From Antedon mediterranea (taxonomy: Eukaryota; Animalia; Echinodermata): a stretch of DNA of 64,000 nt. Shown one piece after another: positions 36,779 to 50,149 of the stretch. The translations under genes and the position numbers were made by a program. The stretch is taken from assembly GCF_964355755.1 (NCBI RefSeq), contig NC_092674.1:3906001-3970000 (forward strand), given 5' to 3'. The notes beneath the pieces are model-generated. The model saw nothing but the letters and a program-made list of their open reading frames with translations, was not told where the DNA came from and made no database searches. The stretch's first letter is position 1. Each line of letters starts with the position of its first letter.

Positions 36779-38266
36779 CTAAAACATCATGCCACCAAAG
36801 GATTTCGGGATTTTGCATTCAGCTATACGATGCCCTCTTACTAGGCAGCCAAAACATGCACCCTTGGCCCTAACAAGTTGTGTTTTGTCAGATAGGTTCA
36901 TTGCAATGTAAGCCCGGCATTCAGGCGTGGTATGCTGGCCCATGTCATGGACTAAGCAGTTCTTGTTGTTTTCAGATTTGGGTGCGTCGTTTCTCTCTTC
37001 AATGTTTGTGGTGTTAATGGTAAAGCGCGAAGACGGCTTCGATCTCACTCCCGACACTTCGTATTCTACACTTTTCTTTTCCCTCACTAAAAATTTAAGA
37101 AGGGCAGGAAATCTGTCAGTTCTATCAATTACTGCTTTTTCATCATATAATGACCTTGACCATTCTCTTCGAATAGCAGGTGGCAATCTCCTCTCAATGT
37201 CACTAACCACTCTGGTGTTGGACATTTCCTTCTCCATTCCTAATTTCCGTAGGTCATTATGACCTCTCTCGATGATGTCGACAAACTCAACAAATCTTTT
37301 GTCGTCTCCGTCTTTGAGTGAGTCGATACTTTCAAAGTCATCCATAACGGCATCTGCTAATTTTATTGGGTCGCCATACCGCTCATCCAATCGCTTCCAT
37401 ATTTCGTTGATATCATCATCTACGGCGCCTACAACTTGTAGAGGTTTTTCTCCAAGAGATTTCCGCAAAACGAAAGCTGCTTGATCCCTTGTGGTCTCAG
37501 GCAAAATGAATTTTAGAAAGTCTGTTTTGAATCTAGGGTAGGCCCTTACATCTCCGTCAAAGGTTGGCAATCGCATTTTTTCCAATTGTATACCGCCTTT
37601 TCTCTTTTTATCTACTGTCTTCTGAGTTTTGCTTTTGTCGAGGTGCTCCAAAAATATAGCAACAGCACTACTGGTCTCGCCGTACTTATCACGTACTGAC
37701 TGGAGCCACAGATTTTCATTTATTGCCTCTTCATTGGGAAGCATGGAAACGTATTGCATATGTGCAGTTTTTACGTCTTCCATCAATTTTACAAGGTCAG
37801 CCCTTGCAGCTTTACCACCCTCAACAGAATTCTTGTTAATCAATTGGATTATCTGATCGCAAAGTTGTTGAAAATCATCATGTTGTATGCTACGAACGTT
37901 TTTCGCTCTCATTGCTGATATTTGGAATTCTTCCTCCTGCAGATGCCTTCTGTCAATTGCCTCGGAATCTATGTGCTGTTCATTAATGCGTGTTTTGTGT
38001 CTAAGTATCATTTCTCTTACTTCATCATATGTCTTCTCTAGTTGGCCAATCCAATTCTCATTCTCCTCTTCGTCCTTTGCAGACTGTAAAACTACTGATT
38101 CATGTCGATCGTTTACTGATTTCCAGGCTTCCTTCAAGTCAGCATTCAGCATATGTACATATTCTATTGTTTTATTCTGGTCAATTGCGGCGACGATAGA
38201 ATTACAAATTCTTGTAAAACGTCCCTTGGCAATACGTCTCAATTTCTTATAATCGGGGTCAGCCAT
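36779..38266 (-). CDS. gag: BEL/Pao retrotransposon gag (3'-truncated element)
   Basis: Coiled-coil N-terminus; LEKMRLPTFDGD..YPRFK..F (DUF1759-type capsid region); knuckles CLVH...H...EC and CFGC...GH....C. The ORF breaks before the third knuckle and protease. Confidence 0.9.
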   Translation of the reverse strand: MADPDYKKLRRIAKGRFTRICNSIVAAIDQNKTIEYVHMLNADLKEAWKSVNDRHESVVLQSAKDEEENENWIGQLEKTYDEVREMILRHKTRINEQHIDSEAIDRRHLQEEEFQISAMRAKNVRSIQHDDFQQLCDQIIQLINKNSVEGGKAARADLVKLMEDVKTAHMQYVSMLPNEEAINENLWLQSVRDKYGETSSAVAIFLEHLDKSKTQKTVDKKRKGGIQLEKMRLPTFDGDVRAYPRFKTDFLKFILPETTRDQAAFVLRKSLGEKPLQVVGAVDDDINEIWKRLDERYGDPIKLADAVMDDFESIDSLKDGDDKRFVEFVDIIERGHNDLRKLGMEKEMSNTRVVSDIERRLPPAIRREWSRSLYDEKAVIDRTDRFPALLKFLVREKKSVEYEVSGVRSKPSSRFTINTTNIEERNDAPKSENNKNCLVHDMGQHTTPECRAYIAMNLSDKTQLVRAKGACFGCLVRGHRIAECKIPKSFGGMMF

Positions 38267-38443
38267 GTTTTATAGAATAAAATTAAAGTCGGTGATTCAA
38301 GTGAATACAGTTCTGTGTATACAGTAATACAAGGATGTAGCTCCTGGCGCAGTCAAATATTGGTATCACACCGAAAGAACGGTAACTTGAGTGCGTGATG
38401 AGCAGGTTCATAAACAGGTCAGCAGAGTGCTGTCACTTCTCAC

Positions 38444-38874
38444 TGTGCACGTAGAACACAGTATTTCGAATGTAAAGAAGACCCGTGTCACACGTTAACG
38501 TTTCCAAACAACTTTAATTCAACAATGATCAGATGTTCGAAATCTGCAACAATAACAAATTACATAAACACAAGCATCTAAAGGCTAAGCCTAAAACAAA
38601 GCTAGGCCTACTAGGCCTACACCACTGTAAAGCTACCAAAAGCAAACTAGACAAAAAACTCCTTAGAGCTACAGTATATAATAATATCAAAGTGCTATAC
38701 AGTGAATGCACTACTCAAAGAACTTACACTATTACGTCTACATTAAGGTTGTATTTCACGGGAATTCTCTTAAGATGTGCGTATCAATCACCAATTCAAA
38801 GATTCACATGGTCAACATGACCTCTGACCAACTCTTATTATCTAGAACTAGAGAGGGCGCTAAACCATTAAACA
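38444..38874 (-). mobile_element. Probable 5' LTR of the BEL/Pao fragment
   Basis: Minus-strand TGTTTAATGG ... ATTAAA ... GTGCACA upstream of gag. Boundaries are inferred; there is no second LTR. Confidence 0.45.
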
Positions 38875-39555
38875 AGATATAAAGTCAAACTTTACACAAA
38901 GAACGCGCGAAAGAAGCGTAGCCAACAAGGTTAAATATCGTTGCACATGTGCAGTAAACAATATATTAGGCACGCGACCGTTTCGTTGTTACCATGCGGT
39001 TAATTAAACTGATAACATTGTGGGTGGTCCGCGGTCTGTCGGCGAGAGTCAAGGAACCCTTGATCTCACGTCGATGCATATCCTTCTATTCTTTAATCCA
39101 TGGTTTGACTTGAGTTGTTAATAAAGTTAGTTATAGCACATCTTTGTGTATAGAAGCAACATACCCAAATGGCACTGCGAGCAATCAAAGTTCAGCCTCC
39201 CAAGCTAGATTTAGCGAGCGACAGACTGTCGGAGTTTCGTGTATGGAAAACTCAATGGGAAGCGTACATTGCTGTCACTGAACTTGATCAACAGCCCAAC
39301 CAAGCACAGGTAAACGTGCTCAGTTTGAGCCTTTCTGTTGACACTATGAATATTTTAATGAACCTAAGCCTTACTCAGGCTCAGCTCAAGTCACCTACGG
39401 ACATTATTACGGCGTTGGAAACGCATATTCAAGGTCAACTGAACGAATCCGTTGAACGGAAAAAGTTTCGATCCAGGGTACAAAAACCTGGCGAAGAATT
39501 TGACGACTACCTTGTTAGCCCACGCGACCTTGTGCTCGAATGCAACTTCTGTAAT

Positions 39556-42500
39556 ATAAAAAATAAAATGTATAAATGTAAATACCACTCGAACGACACG
39601 GACGTGTTTTTAATCGTGCTCCTCAGTGTGTTTGGAATTCAGTTTTTCCTAGTGAATTTGACTTTGCTTTGGTGTTTTGGATGTATCCAGTCGTTATTAT
39701 TCTTGATGGTATTTATGTTTGATCTGTGGTCCAATTTCGTGAATTTAAGATGTTTTTTGATGTATTTGTGCCATCGGAACTAAGGAATTCCGGATCACGC
39801 CGTGATTTGCATTTCGCGCCAAACCAGCTGCTGTAGTACGGTGTAGTACACTGGCTCGCTAGTTGATTAGCTGTACCGGTACAACAAACACATATCTGGA
39901 CCTATTTGAATTTCCTTATTTAACAACATAATGGCTCTATTTAGTTGTTTGATGACATTACTCTGCACATTATTTCTGAGATCAATCAGATCAAATTGAT
40001 GAATTGGACATCTTGATTGTCACAGAAACGTGGCTGGACTCCTCTATTGATAGTACGGAACTGTTTCCAGACTCATTCGTTGTGTACAGAAAAGACCGTT
40101 CAAGACACGGTGGTGGTGTTCTGTTAGCTTTGAAGAACGCATTTAAATACTGTGGTATAATTTTAACTGGTGATTTTAATTATGATTACGGTGTTGATAG
40201 TCCCTTAGTTTATAAGAAATTTAAAGAAATTATTGCTCCACTTGATACTATACAATTTGTTGATTTTTTTACTCGTGTATCTAACACCAAAAGTAGCATT
40301 ATTGATCTGGTCTTGTGCAATAACCCTGACATTGTATGTAATTTCAGAAGTCATCCCGGTCTCGGTACAAGTGACCAACTTGGGGTTTATTTTAATATTA
40401 ACGCTAGATTCAGTAAAGTTAAACCTGTAGATAGATATTATTATCAATATAGTAAATGTGACCATGACGATCTTTTTACAACGTTGGGGGCGGTTCCTTG
40501 GGGACTGTGCCTGGAACAATCAGACTGTGAGGAAATGTGGGAAAATTTTAAAGAAACAGGCCAGCTTGGATAACTCAAGAAATGGTTATCATGGCTCGTA
40601 AAAAGAAACGAATGCTAAAAGAGGCTTATCGTCATCCTCATAACCCAAGTAAGATGGACAAATATAGAAAGTTTAGTAATAAATTAAGAAACCTAACAAA
40701 ACAAGCTCATTTACAATATATTAGGAAATTAAGTATCGCCTGTGTAAATGGTGACTCCAAACGTTTTTTTAGTTATGTTAAGACTAGGCGTAAGACTGGA
40801 CAAGTCAAAAACTTAGTTTTTAACGGTATACCCTTGGTTTCCGATATCGATGCGGTAAATGCATTTTCCACATTCTTTGCGTCAAACTTTAACGAACCTA
40901 ATCGTAATTTCAATGTTAACCATGAGATCTGTAATTGTGTTCACCCAGATATTGTTCCCCTTAATAACATTAATATTACTGAAAAAACTATTTTCGAGGC
41001 TCTGTTGTCATTGAAACCCAACAAATCCCCTGGACCAGACGGGATTACACCTAAAATGTTATCCATGTCACCTCCAATTATTGCCCCAGTGTTGTGCAAA
41101 ATGTTTAACAAGTTATTAACGGATGGCTTTGTACCAAAAGATTGGAAACTCGCGAATGTCACTCCTATTTTTAAGTCAGGTAATCGTAACGATGTTAATA
41201 ATTATCGACCCATATCGCTATGTTCTATTATAGGTAAGGTTTTTGAACGTATTATAGCAGATAACATTCTTTTTCATCTTCAATTTTTTGGATTTATAAG
41301 TCCCACGCAACACGGGTTTTATCCAGGTAGATCGTGTATTACACAGGCCTCAGCGTTATATCATGATTGGTCACAAACAATGGATGTTAGACAACCTCCT
41401 GTAATTGATGCAATATTCCTTGATTGGGAGAAGGCCTTTGACCGTGTTCCCCATGATTTAGTAATCAAGAAACTGCACAACATGGGAGTATGTGGATCTC
41501 TCCTAAAGTGTCTTCACTCCTTTCTCAGTGACAGATTCCTGAATTTAAAATCCCTGTTAGAAAAATTAATAATCTACAGAATACGATATTAAGATACAAA
41601 ATCCGGTGGTTGGGATGCAGCTCCGACTATTCAAACTAAAGGTACCACTATTTGTTCCATCGAAAACTAGCGAAACCGCCATTTTGTAAACACATCGTCA
41701 TCGTGTTTATGAATTTATTTATAGCGAACGATATACGCGATGTTTATAATTGTCCGCGTATAAGAATTCATATAAATAAATACATTCCAATACAACGTAT
41801 ATTATTACTTGTTTATTTATCACAGTATACATTTTAGTTGAGGAATATTTATCATAACTATTATAATAGCTTTTATACGAGTCCGAGGCCTAGCCCTATT
41901 AGCGAGCGATTGTTCCAGGGGCGGAAAGTCACTTAGTGACGTTGTGATCGGGCGCGTCGGGCCTAGCTAATATTAATAATATGACCTGAAATAAGCGGCT
42001 AACAAGAACTGTTATATACTTGCTTACAATTGTTTTGTTATTGATGAACAAACAAGCAATTAGATTGAATAACACATTATTTATTCATTTTTTTGGGGTA
42101 AAAACATGTACAAACTAGTACTGTATTAAATATAAATTAATAGTAATATTAAACTAATACAGTATTACTATTAATAAAATATAAAATAGGCCTAACATAC
42201 AATAAATATTCAATTTTTAAGGTCTACCACATGACAATAACATAATTTACAGAGTATAGTGTAGTAGGTTTGCATTCAACATAAATATTTGTATTGTAAT
42301 TCATCTAAATCCTCTGCAAACAACATACATATTATATATTTGTAATTCAACATTTTGTTTTAAATAATTAAATTATAGTATCCACTTCACTTTCAGTTTG
42401 AAGTCACAAAGACAAAGAACTCTGCATCATCAACGATTCCTGAAAGTGTCAGAAAAAATAATAAATATTATTTTTAAAAAATGTTAATGTCTGGTTGTAT

Positions 42501-44090
42501 ATATAATTATAATATTATATGATGACATAAAAGTAAGGCAAATGGAAGCTGTATTTTATTAATTAAATTACAGTATTTACTATTATTATTTATATAATCT
42601 AGGCCTACTAGTAGCCTAGCTAGGCATCTATTGAGCCTAATAAATCAAATAATAAATGAAAAATAAAATAATAATATTAATACTGATTGAAAAAAAGTAT
42701 TTTTTGGGGGGGATCAGATCACCAGGATAGGCCGGCCAGGACCAATGATACTCGTAATCAGTACAACTTAACGACTATCGGATCAGCATCAACACAGTAC
42801 AACACACGTCTCGCTATCTCCTATACTGACACACGTGTCTCGCGTTGCCGAAACCACGCTCACAGCTAGAAAATGTACCTACCTTTCGAAGCCTGAGAAT
42901 ACACCAACACATTTTGAACAGGATAGAAATATATCATACTCGATTAAACTAATATTATTCTTGATAAAACAATTGATTACAATTTTTTTAATTTGTTGGG
43001 ATGCACCTCCGACTATTCAGAAAATGGACAACAAAACAGTAGTCAAATCGTACCACATTTATAAATGTCACGAGTCCCGACTTCAGTCGCCGAATGTATT
43101 GTATTAGCTTCGGTTTCTTTGAAGGAAACCGATTGGTTATTCAATTATACTTATTAGGAAATGCTTTTACCATAATAGGTAATGTTGGGCGGTTCTTAAA
43201 TATTCATGAGAGCTTAAAATAAAACAGCACTTATTTACTAGGCGACGAAACATCGTGGTTTCAGTTTTCAACGATAGGTGGCGCTTCAAAATCGTCAATG
43301 CGGAAGTAAGTCGATTTTACACGATTTAACGGTCAAAACGCGAAGTGGCTTTCCCACTGTATGAGAATGCTTGGGTTTATCAAACGGTTTGTAGGTTTCA
43401 ATGACACCGAAATTTTTACTACGACTTTTTAATGCACTATGTCGACCTGTTATTGAATATGGTGTTCCTGTGTGGGATCCACATCAAAAACAACATAATA
43501 TAGCTATTAACAAGTCATTAAGACGGGTTACTAAATTGTGTGCTGAAGGCGATTTCACTGACAGGCTTAAGATACTAAATTTACCAGATATGGTTCAAAG
43601 AATGAAATTTCATAGTATAATTTTTGTAGTTAAGTGTTTGCATAATTTAATTGATTTTGATATATTTGAATACCTTACAATTAATTCTCGGTATCCAGAG
43701 TCCCTCACCTTTAAACACATGTATGCTAGAACTAATGCATTTAAATACTCCCTGTTTGTTAATTTCCCTCGAATATGGGAAAGTATCCCGCATGAAGTTC
43801 GTAACAAAGTCCTGTTTAACTTTGGGGGGTTTAGAAGGGATTTGAAACAATGTATTACTGATATCGAATTCATCTAGACTATCACTGTGTTTTTATGTCT
43901 ATTGCGTTTTCCGTACTATTAGTTGGGAAAGCCACTCGACAGTGCAGTTCTTTTGAACTGATCCACTTTTGGTTACCCGCAGGTGCTGATAGTACTTTTG
44001 TTCTGTTTTGTTGAATGATGCCGTACCTTTTTTATGATTTTTGTATGTTACCTGGAAATTGAATAAAATAAAAAAAATAAAAAATAAAAT
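39556..44090 (+). mobile_element. CR1-type LINE (EN + RT) inserted in Gypsy gag, itself interrupted and partly deleted
   Basis: EN: VTETWL, HGGGVLL, TGDFN, IDLV (40004-40573). RT: KSPGPDGI, YRPISL, QHGF, FLDWEKAFDRV (40582-41535). C-terminus 43361-43877; hairpin-rich 3' UTR and A-rich tail to 44090. The YADD segment is missing. Confidence 0.93.
41540..43359. mobile_element. Unclassified non-coding insertion replacing the central RT of the CR1 element; one Tc1/mariner-like end
   Basis: Right end GGCTTTCCCACTG|TA with no matching left TIR; internal 24-bp direct repeat TTGGGATGCA.CTCCGACTATTCA at ~41610 and ~42996. Confidence 0.5.
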
Positions 44091-44810
44091 GATCAATGTG
44101 CTAAGAATGCCATAAGAGATCAGACCATCGAGGGACAATTGTTGAAAAACTCTTAGCGATTGACAAATTGGATTTGACCAAAACCATATCAACGGTACGT
44201 GCGTTAGAGGCTGCTAAACGACGAAGAGATGAAATAAATCCTCAACAGCTAAGCCTAGACCAGACAAGCACTACTGCGGCTGTAAGAAAGTCCAATAATA
44301 TGAGAAAACATCACAGTAAAAAAACAGAAAAGCAGCATATTAATAAGCAGCAGGGTAAGCAACAACCATCTTCTAGTAATAATGATAAATGTAACTACTG
44401 TGGCAAGGTCCACCAACGTGGAAGGCAGCACTGCCCCGCTGCAGATGCTACGCGTAATACGTGTAGGAAACGCGGACATTTTTCAACCGTATGCCGCTCT
44501 AAGCTCCAAAATGGAGCGATACGGATCAATACGTGCAGTCAGTACGATCAGTTTACACATGCACCTCGAACCACAGTAATGATAACACACAGGGAACATG
44601 CCGTAGACGCTCTTGCTCTTCCTGATTCCGGTTCAGATATTTGTCTCGCTCCTACATCACTGCTCGAACAAATTAATGACCACGTAGAGAATCTCATCCC
44701 TTGCAAAATACGACCTGAAACTGTCGAAGGTAGCAGAATTCAGATTGCAGGAAAATTACCACTAATCGTTTCAACCGACGAACGTTGCGTGAGTGTTACA
44801 ATTTATTTTT

Positions 44811-45577
44811 TCGCCGTGGCTAAAGATACGGTACCGTATTCTAACTTCTGTTTACTAAAGGTACGGTAAAATTGCATTACGTCATAACCAGCCAATGGGG
44901 TGCTGGTACGTGTGTGACGTCATCGTATAAGGACTTTGGATTTTTTTTTCATATCGCGAAAACAGTATCAACCGCATTTTCTTTATGCTTCATTTATCGC
45001 TATTATCGCCGTCGTGTGTGACAAAAACTAAATGTAGCCTACGTCTGTTATTATTATTAAAAAGCCAAAACATGTTGATTCTAATTCTAGAATACAGAAA
45101 ACCGTTTCAAAAGAGGCCTAGGCCTACTTACTACGTACTATAACCTCATTATATGAGTTTGTTTGTGTGTAGGGAAAGCGATGCCAGGCTGGGGCCAGCT
45201 GCATGTGTGCGCTGATGATTGACTCAGCCCTGGGGCTACTGTCTAAAAATCATAGTATTTGAGGGCCCCTTTATTGTCCGCATTTGCTTGTTGTTTATGG
45301 TCACCATATTGTAAACAAAGTTTAATAAAAAACATAGACCTAAAGGCCATTTGGAATAAAAATAAAACCCTCATCAGCGCACACACATCCATGCAGCCTG
45401 GCGCAGCCGGCGACAGGAATTCTCTACATACAACAGACGCGATATGAAAAAAAATCCTTATATGATGACGTCACACACGTACCAGAACCCCATTGGCTGA
45501 TTATGACGTAATGCAATTTTACCGTACCTTTAGTAAACAGAAGTTAGAATACGGTACCGTATCTTTAGCCACAGCGA
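44811..45577. mobile_element. Mutator-like MITE with ~120-bp TIRs in the Gypsy protease
   Basis: TCGCCGTGGCTAAAGATACGGTACCG ... CGGTACCGTATCTTTAGCCACAGCGA; 9-bp TSD TTTATTTTT. Confidence 0.9.
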
Positions 45578-45769
45578 TTTATTTTTCTGATGACATCGAT
45601 GACATTATTTTATCATGGGATGCATCAAAGCAGTTGGGATTTCTCTCACCAGCTTACCCTGAGCCACTGTGTCACGCAAACGTTGCATCAGTTACTAACA
45701 TTAGTCCAATTGCTGCGCCACATTTCAATCTGACTAACTTGTCCAAGGAATTTCCAGAAGTGTCTGATG

Positions 45770-46858
45770 GGGTGTCACGAAAGCTCAGACCACGAAAGCT
45801 CAGACCCCCTAAGACCTAAGATCACGAAAGCTAAGACCCAACACCTAAGATTACAAATATTTATCTTTCGCACCTGCCTTGTATTTTAACTCCCAACATT
45901 TATTCTGAATACCACACCTTAGAATTGGCACTTTCATGAAAAAGAATCACATAAAAAGTAACAAATACATTTTTAAATTGATGATTTTACAGACGTTTTT
46001 CTCGCACACAAAATGACTAGCCTACAGTACAGTAGGCCTACCCCATGGATGGGCCATGTTCAATGTTTTTGTTTCTATGGAACGTCAAAAGAGCAAAAAT
46101 TATATAGAGGGCTGAAAACTCTGTGGAGTCCATCTACAGTGTGGATGGAACAATGTAAAATTAAAATTGTAATGATAATAGTATAATCATGCAAGTACGA
46201 AGAAATAAATACTGGCAAATAAATTTTAATTTAAAAATCATGATAAGTTTTTTTGTTTCGTTTTCTTTCTGTTTTTATACTTGTACTTTTATTGTTGCTC
46301 TTTTGGCGCTCCATAGAAACAAAAACATTGAGCATGGGGAGCTCGAGGAGTTACATTGTCATTACAGTATACAAAGAAACACATCTGTAAAATCATCAAT
46401 TTAAAGGATTTATTTATTTGTTATTATGTGTTTCTCCTTCTGAAAGTACTTATAAGTCCTAATTTTAAAGTGTGGTGTTCAGGATAAAGTTAGTCAACAA
46501 ATTTGGAGTCAAAATACAAGAAAGGCAGGTGCGTAAGAAAAACATCCTCTGAAGCAACACAATGGAGTAAATATATACCAACAAACAACCCGTCAAGTTT
46601 GTTTGTTGTAAAGAAAAAATATACATTTACTCAACGGGCGAAAATAATGTGAGTTTATCTATGTTTTGCGGTAGTATTAAATTATATTTATGGTAATAAA
46701 TGAAACCTACTGTGTTTAAAATTATGTATGGATAAACAAGTATTGTTTTTAATCTGTAGTATATCTTAGTATTTGTAATCTTGGTGTTGGGTCTTAGCTT
46801 TCGTGATCTTAGGTCTTAGGGGGTCTGAGCTTTCGTGGTCTGAGGTTTCGTGACACCC
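45770..46858. mobile_element. Mutator-like MITE (copy 2, inverted relative to 35371-36437)
   Basis: Same TIRs; 10-bp TSD GTGTCTGATG/GTGTTTGATG; removal restores EFPEVFDGIIRS. Confidence 0.9.
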
Positions 46859-47635
46859 GTGTTTGATGGTATAATTCGCTCGATGCCTGGTGAAAAATTC
46901 ACAATCAAGATAGCAGATGATGCTAAACAATTTTGTGTTAGCACCCCACGAAAGATACCGTATGCCTACAATGATAAGCTGAAAGCAGAGCTTGAAACGC
47001 TTGAAAGCCAAGGCATCATTGTCAAGATTACTGAATATTCCAATTGGTGTGCTCCAATCGTCATTGCACCAAAGAAGAACACTGAAAAAATCAGAATGTG
47101 TGTTGACTTATCTCAACTAAATAAAAGTGTAAAACGCGAGTATTATCCTCATACTACTCCACAGGAAGCTGTAGCAGATATTGCTGCATCCGATGCTCAG
47201 TTCTTTACTGTAATCGATGCGCTGAAAGGATATCACCAAATTCCATTAGAGAAACAGAGCCAATCTTGTACAACGTTCATACCTCCCTTCGGACGGTATA
47301 AATATTTGCGAGCACCATATGGTATCACATCTATTTCGGACCATTATAATCGTCGAATGGATGAGGCGCTTCAAGGCTTAACTAATCATAGACGCATAGT
47401 CGACGACGTGGTTATTTTCAGTAAAACCAGACAAGAGCATCAGAAAGTGGTTACAGAATATCTCAAGAGATGTCAACAACACCATATTGCGCTGTCAACT
47501 GATAAGGTACAGTTATGTAAAACTACAGTTGCCTTTGCAGGTTTCACCTTAAATATCACGTAATGGATATTCGATTGGTCCTAAAACCATGGAAGCGATC
47601 AGTAAATTTCCAAAGCCCAGTTCCAGATCAGATTT

Positions 47636-47913
47636 CTTCAATTCACATTTATTTACTCATCGTTTATAAATACAGTTTCATAGCATAAATGATGGCAAGG
47701 ATCCTGTATAGAGAAGTTTACACTTCTGTTTTCGCAGGACCCTTTTACATAAAAAACATAAAACAATAAACACAACATAATAGATACAAAATAAAAAAAA
47801 AAAAACATTTCCTTTATACATTTTAGAGTTGTTCATCATCAAAAAGCGATACTGTTTTTCTAACATGATTATTTATACATTTTGTCTTAAAAAAGAAGAT
47901 ATTCAGTTTATTT
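47636..47913 (-). mobile_element. ~280-bp AT-rich insertion in pol, probably a retroposed 3'-UTR tail
   Basis: Interrupts SRSDL|RAFSGLVNQL; minus-strand AATAAA near its left end. Confidence 0.55.
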
Positions 47914-48313
47914 GAGGGCATTTAGTGGACTTGTAAACCAACTTGCCTCCTCGACTAGTAAGATCGCAGAGCTGATGACTCCACTGCGACCCTTGCTATC
48001 TGAAAAGAACGAATTCATGTGGAATGCTGTTCATGATCAAGCTTTTGATAACGTTAAGAATGAACTTTCTATACTGTAGCACCCACAATGGCGTTTTTTT
48101 ACTTTAAAAAGCCAACGAGATTGACCACTGATGCCTGCAGACATGGCATTGGCTATATTCTATCTCAAAGACATGATGGTGATGAGTGGAAAACAGTACA
48201 GGCCGGTTCGCGATATCTGACAGATGCAGAAAGCAGATACGCAGTGATAGAACTTGAAATGTTAGCCGTTGCTTGGGCAGCACAGAAATGCTATATGTTT
48301 TTAGATGGATTGC

Positions 48314-48396
48314 CAGGCCCGTAGGTATGGGGGTGTACCAAATACTTAGTGTGCGAACCCCCCCCCCCCCCTTGACAGATCCTGGCTACGGCCCTG
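48314..48396. mobile_element. 83-bp CAGG...CCTG mini-element in RNase H
   Basis: CAGGCCCGTAG ... CTACGGCCCTG flanked by an ATTGC duplication; removal restores DGLHHFQIVTDH. Relatives at ~59629 and ~63090-63112. Confidence 0.75.
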
Positions 48397-50149
48397 ATTG
48401 CACCATTTTCAAATAGTCACTGATCATCATCCGCTTATTCCTATATTGAACACTCATAGATTAGATGAAATCGTCAACGTCAGATTACAACGACTTAAAA
48501 CTAGAACTACGCAGCAGACGCACTGTCACGTTACCCACATGCGAATCCTTCGAGTACAGATGAATTAGCTGAACAATTAGCATTCAACGGTCAAGGATCT
48601 AGTCCAATACCTACATTGGCTGCCATTCGAGCAGCCACGGACAGTGTGGACGCTGATAATGCCAGATTGCTCGAAATATTGAAGGCCGCAAATGATGACA
48701 ATGAATATCAGACACTGAAACAAATGATATCTACCGATGGCTTCCCAGCAACGAAGACGAGTATGCCTGATAATCTAAAGAAATACTGGTGTATTCGAGC
48801 TGAATTGTCAGTTGAACAAGACCTTCTTGTATATGGATGCAGACTATTTGTTCCAGAGGCCCTTTGACCAATCATGTTAGACAAGCTTCATCATGCACAT
48901 CCTGGAATTCGACGAGCTCAAGACAGGGCCCGTATGATTTTATATTGGCCGAACATGGATCGAGATATCGAGAACATGACTTCAAACTGTAAGTTTTGTC
49001 AGGATAACTTACCTGTCAATCCCAGAGAACCACTGATTCAGAAACCTTAACCAACCAGACCCTTCCAGCAACTTGCAGCAGATTTTGCCTTTGTGAATGG
49101 TAGAAATTATCTGATCGTGGTTGATTGCCTAACTGACTGGCCAATTATTGAAGATATGGGTAAGAATACTACTACAGCAGCTACGACTGAAAAGCTAAGG
49201 GACATATTCTGTAATGTTGGTGTACCTGAAGTATTTTGGTTCGCTAATAACTGGCAGTTCACCATAAAATACAGCTCACCTTATCACCAACAATCTAATG
49301 GGAAAGCTGAAGCTACAGTCAAATCCATGAAAAAGCTTATCCGCTCATCATCTTCAAATCATACATTACCAGACAAAGAACAGTTAGCAAAAGCGCTCTT
49401 GCACTACAGAAATATTCCATGTAGGAAAGATGGATTATCTCCTGCTATAAAGTTATTTGGACGACCTATTCAGGATACACTACTAACGCACCATCGTGCC
49501 TTTAATGCCGACTCCCAGAAAGATATTAAGGAAGCCCAAATTATCTTGGAAAAGGGGAAGGGGAAAAAGAAACAATACTTTGATCTTCACACCAAAGAAC
49601 TGTCCGATTTAAAGCTTCATAACCATATTGCAGTATATAATCATTTAGATAAACTGTTTAACATTTATGGAACAATAATTGATATAAAACCAAACAGGAG
49701 ATACTTCATCAAAACATCGGCGGGAAGGGTGTTAGTTAGAAACCGACGCTTTATACGTAAACGTACGCCGCAATCCATTGGCTTTGTACCAGTGGACCCG
49801 AAAGGCATAGGTATATGCGCAGCACCATTAAGGCCCCTGCAAGATTGATTGAAGATCCAAAATGGCCATAAGCACTTTGGATCTAAGAGGAGGTGTGAGG
49901 CTCTTAAGGCCGCCCATACGTATGACGTATGGAGTTGGAGAAAAAGAGAAACAACGTGCGTAGACCGCCATATTGTTCGTTTGACTTGAGTTGTTATTAA
50001 AGTTAGTTATAGCACATCTTTGTGTATAGTTTTATTATTGTGGTATTGACAAAGCAACATACCCAAACATGCAGAACGCTCTTTATCTTTATGTATGTAG
50101 CAAGTGGCAGTCTCTGATTGGATGTTCACTTGCACAAGCGGTCACTTAT

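Larger units (their letters stand above)
34599..39102. mobile_element. Non-autonomous P-superfamily-like DNA transposon inserted in the Gypsy 5' LTR
   Basis: ~43-bp TIR CATGGATAAAAGAATAGAAGGATATGCATCGACG / CGTCGATGCATATCCTTCTATTCTTTAATCCATG; 7-bp TSD GTTTGAC, which is single-copy in the 3' LTR. Confidence 0.88.
39169..45769 (+). pseudogene. gag: Gypsy gag-protease in pieces 39169-39555, 44091-44810 and 45587-45769
   Basis: QKPGEEFDDY..CNFCN | DQCAKNAIRDQ; knuckles CNYC..H..C and CRKRGHFSTVC; protease LPDSGSD; VTIY|FSDD rejoins once the insertion is removed. Confidence 0.88.
46859..49848 (+). pseudogene. pol: Gypsy pol (RT, RNase H, integrase) with stops, deletions and two small insertions
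   Basis: RMCVDLSQLN, DALKGYHQ, IVDDV; TTDAC..GIG, IELEMLAV, TDHHPL; HHAHPG..CKFC; SSPYHQQSNGKAE. Confidence 0.92.
34507..50069 (+). mobile_element. Full-length but disrupted Ty3/Gypsy LTR retrotransposon carrying many nested insertions
   Basis: 5-bp TSD TGCAG (34502-34506, 50070-50074). 5' LTR split into 34507-34598 and 39103-39169; 3' LTR 49894-50069 after PPT AAGAGGAGG; PBS-like TGGCACTGCGAGC at ~39170. gag-PR-RT-RH-IN pieces occur in order. Confidence 0.95.

Noticed and set aside
36927-38252. Plus-strand ORFs opposite the BEL gag, and similar ORFs opposite pol and the LINEs
   Set aside because: Antisense shadows of real coding sequence.
43340-43940. 13-bp inverted match TGGGAAAGCCACT suggesting a TIR pair
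   Set aside because: The second copy is part of the LINE 3'-UTR hairpin and no TSD supports an element; probably coincidence.
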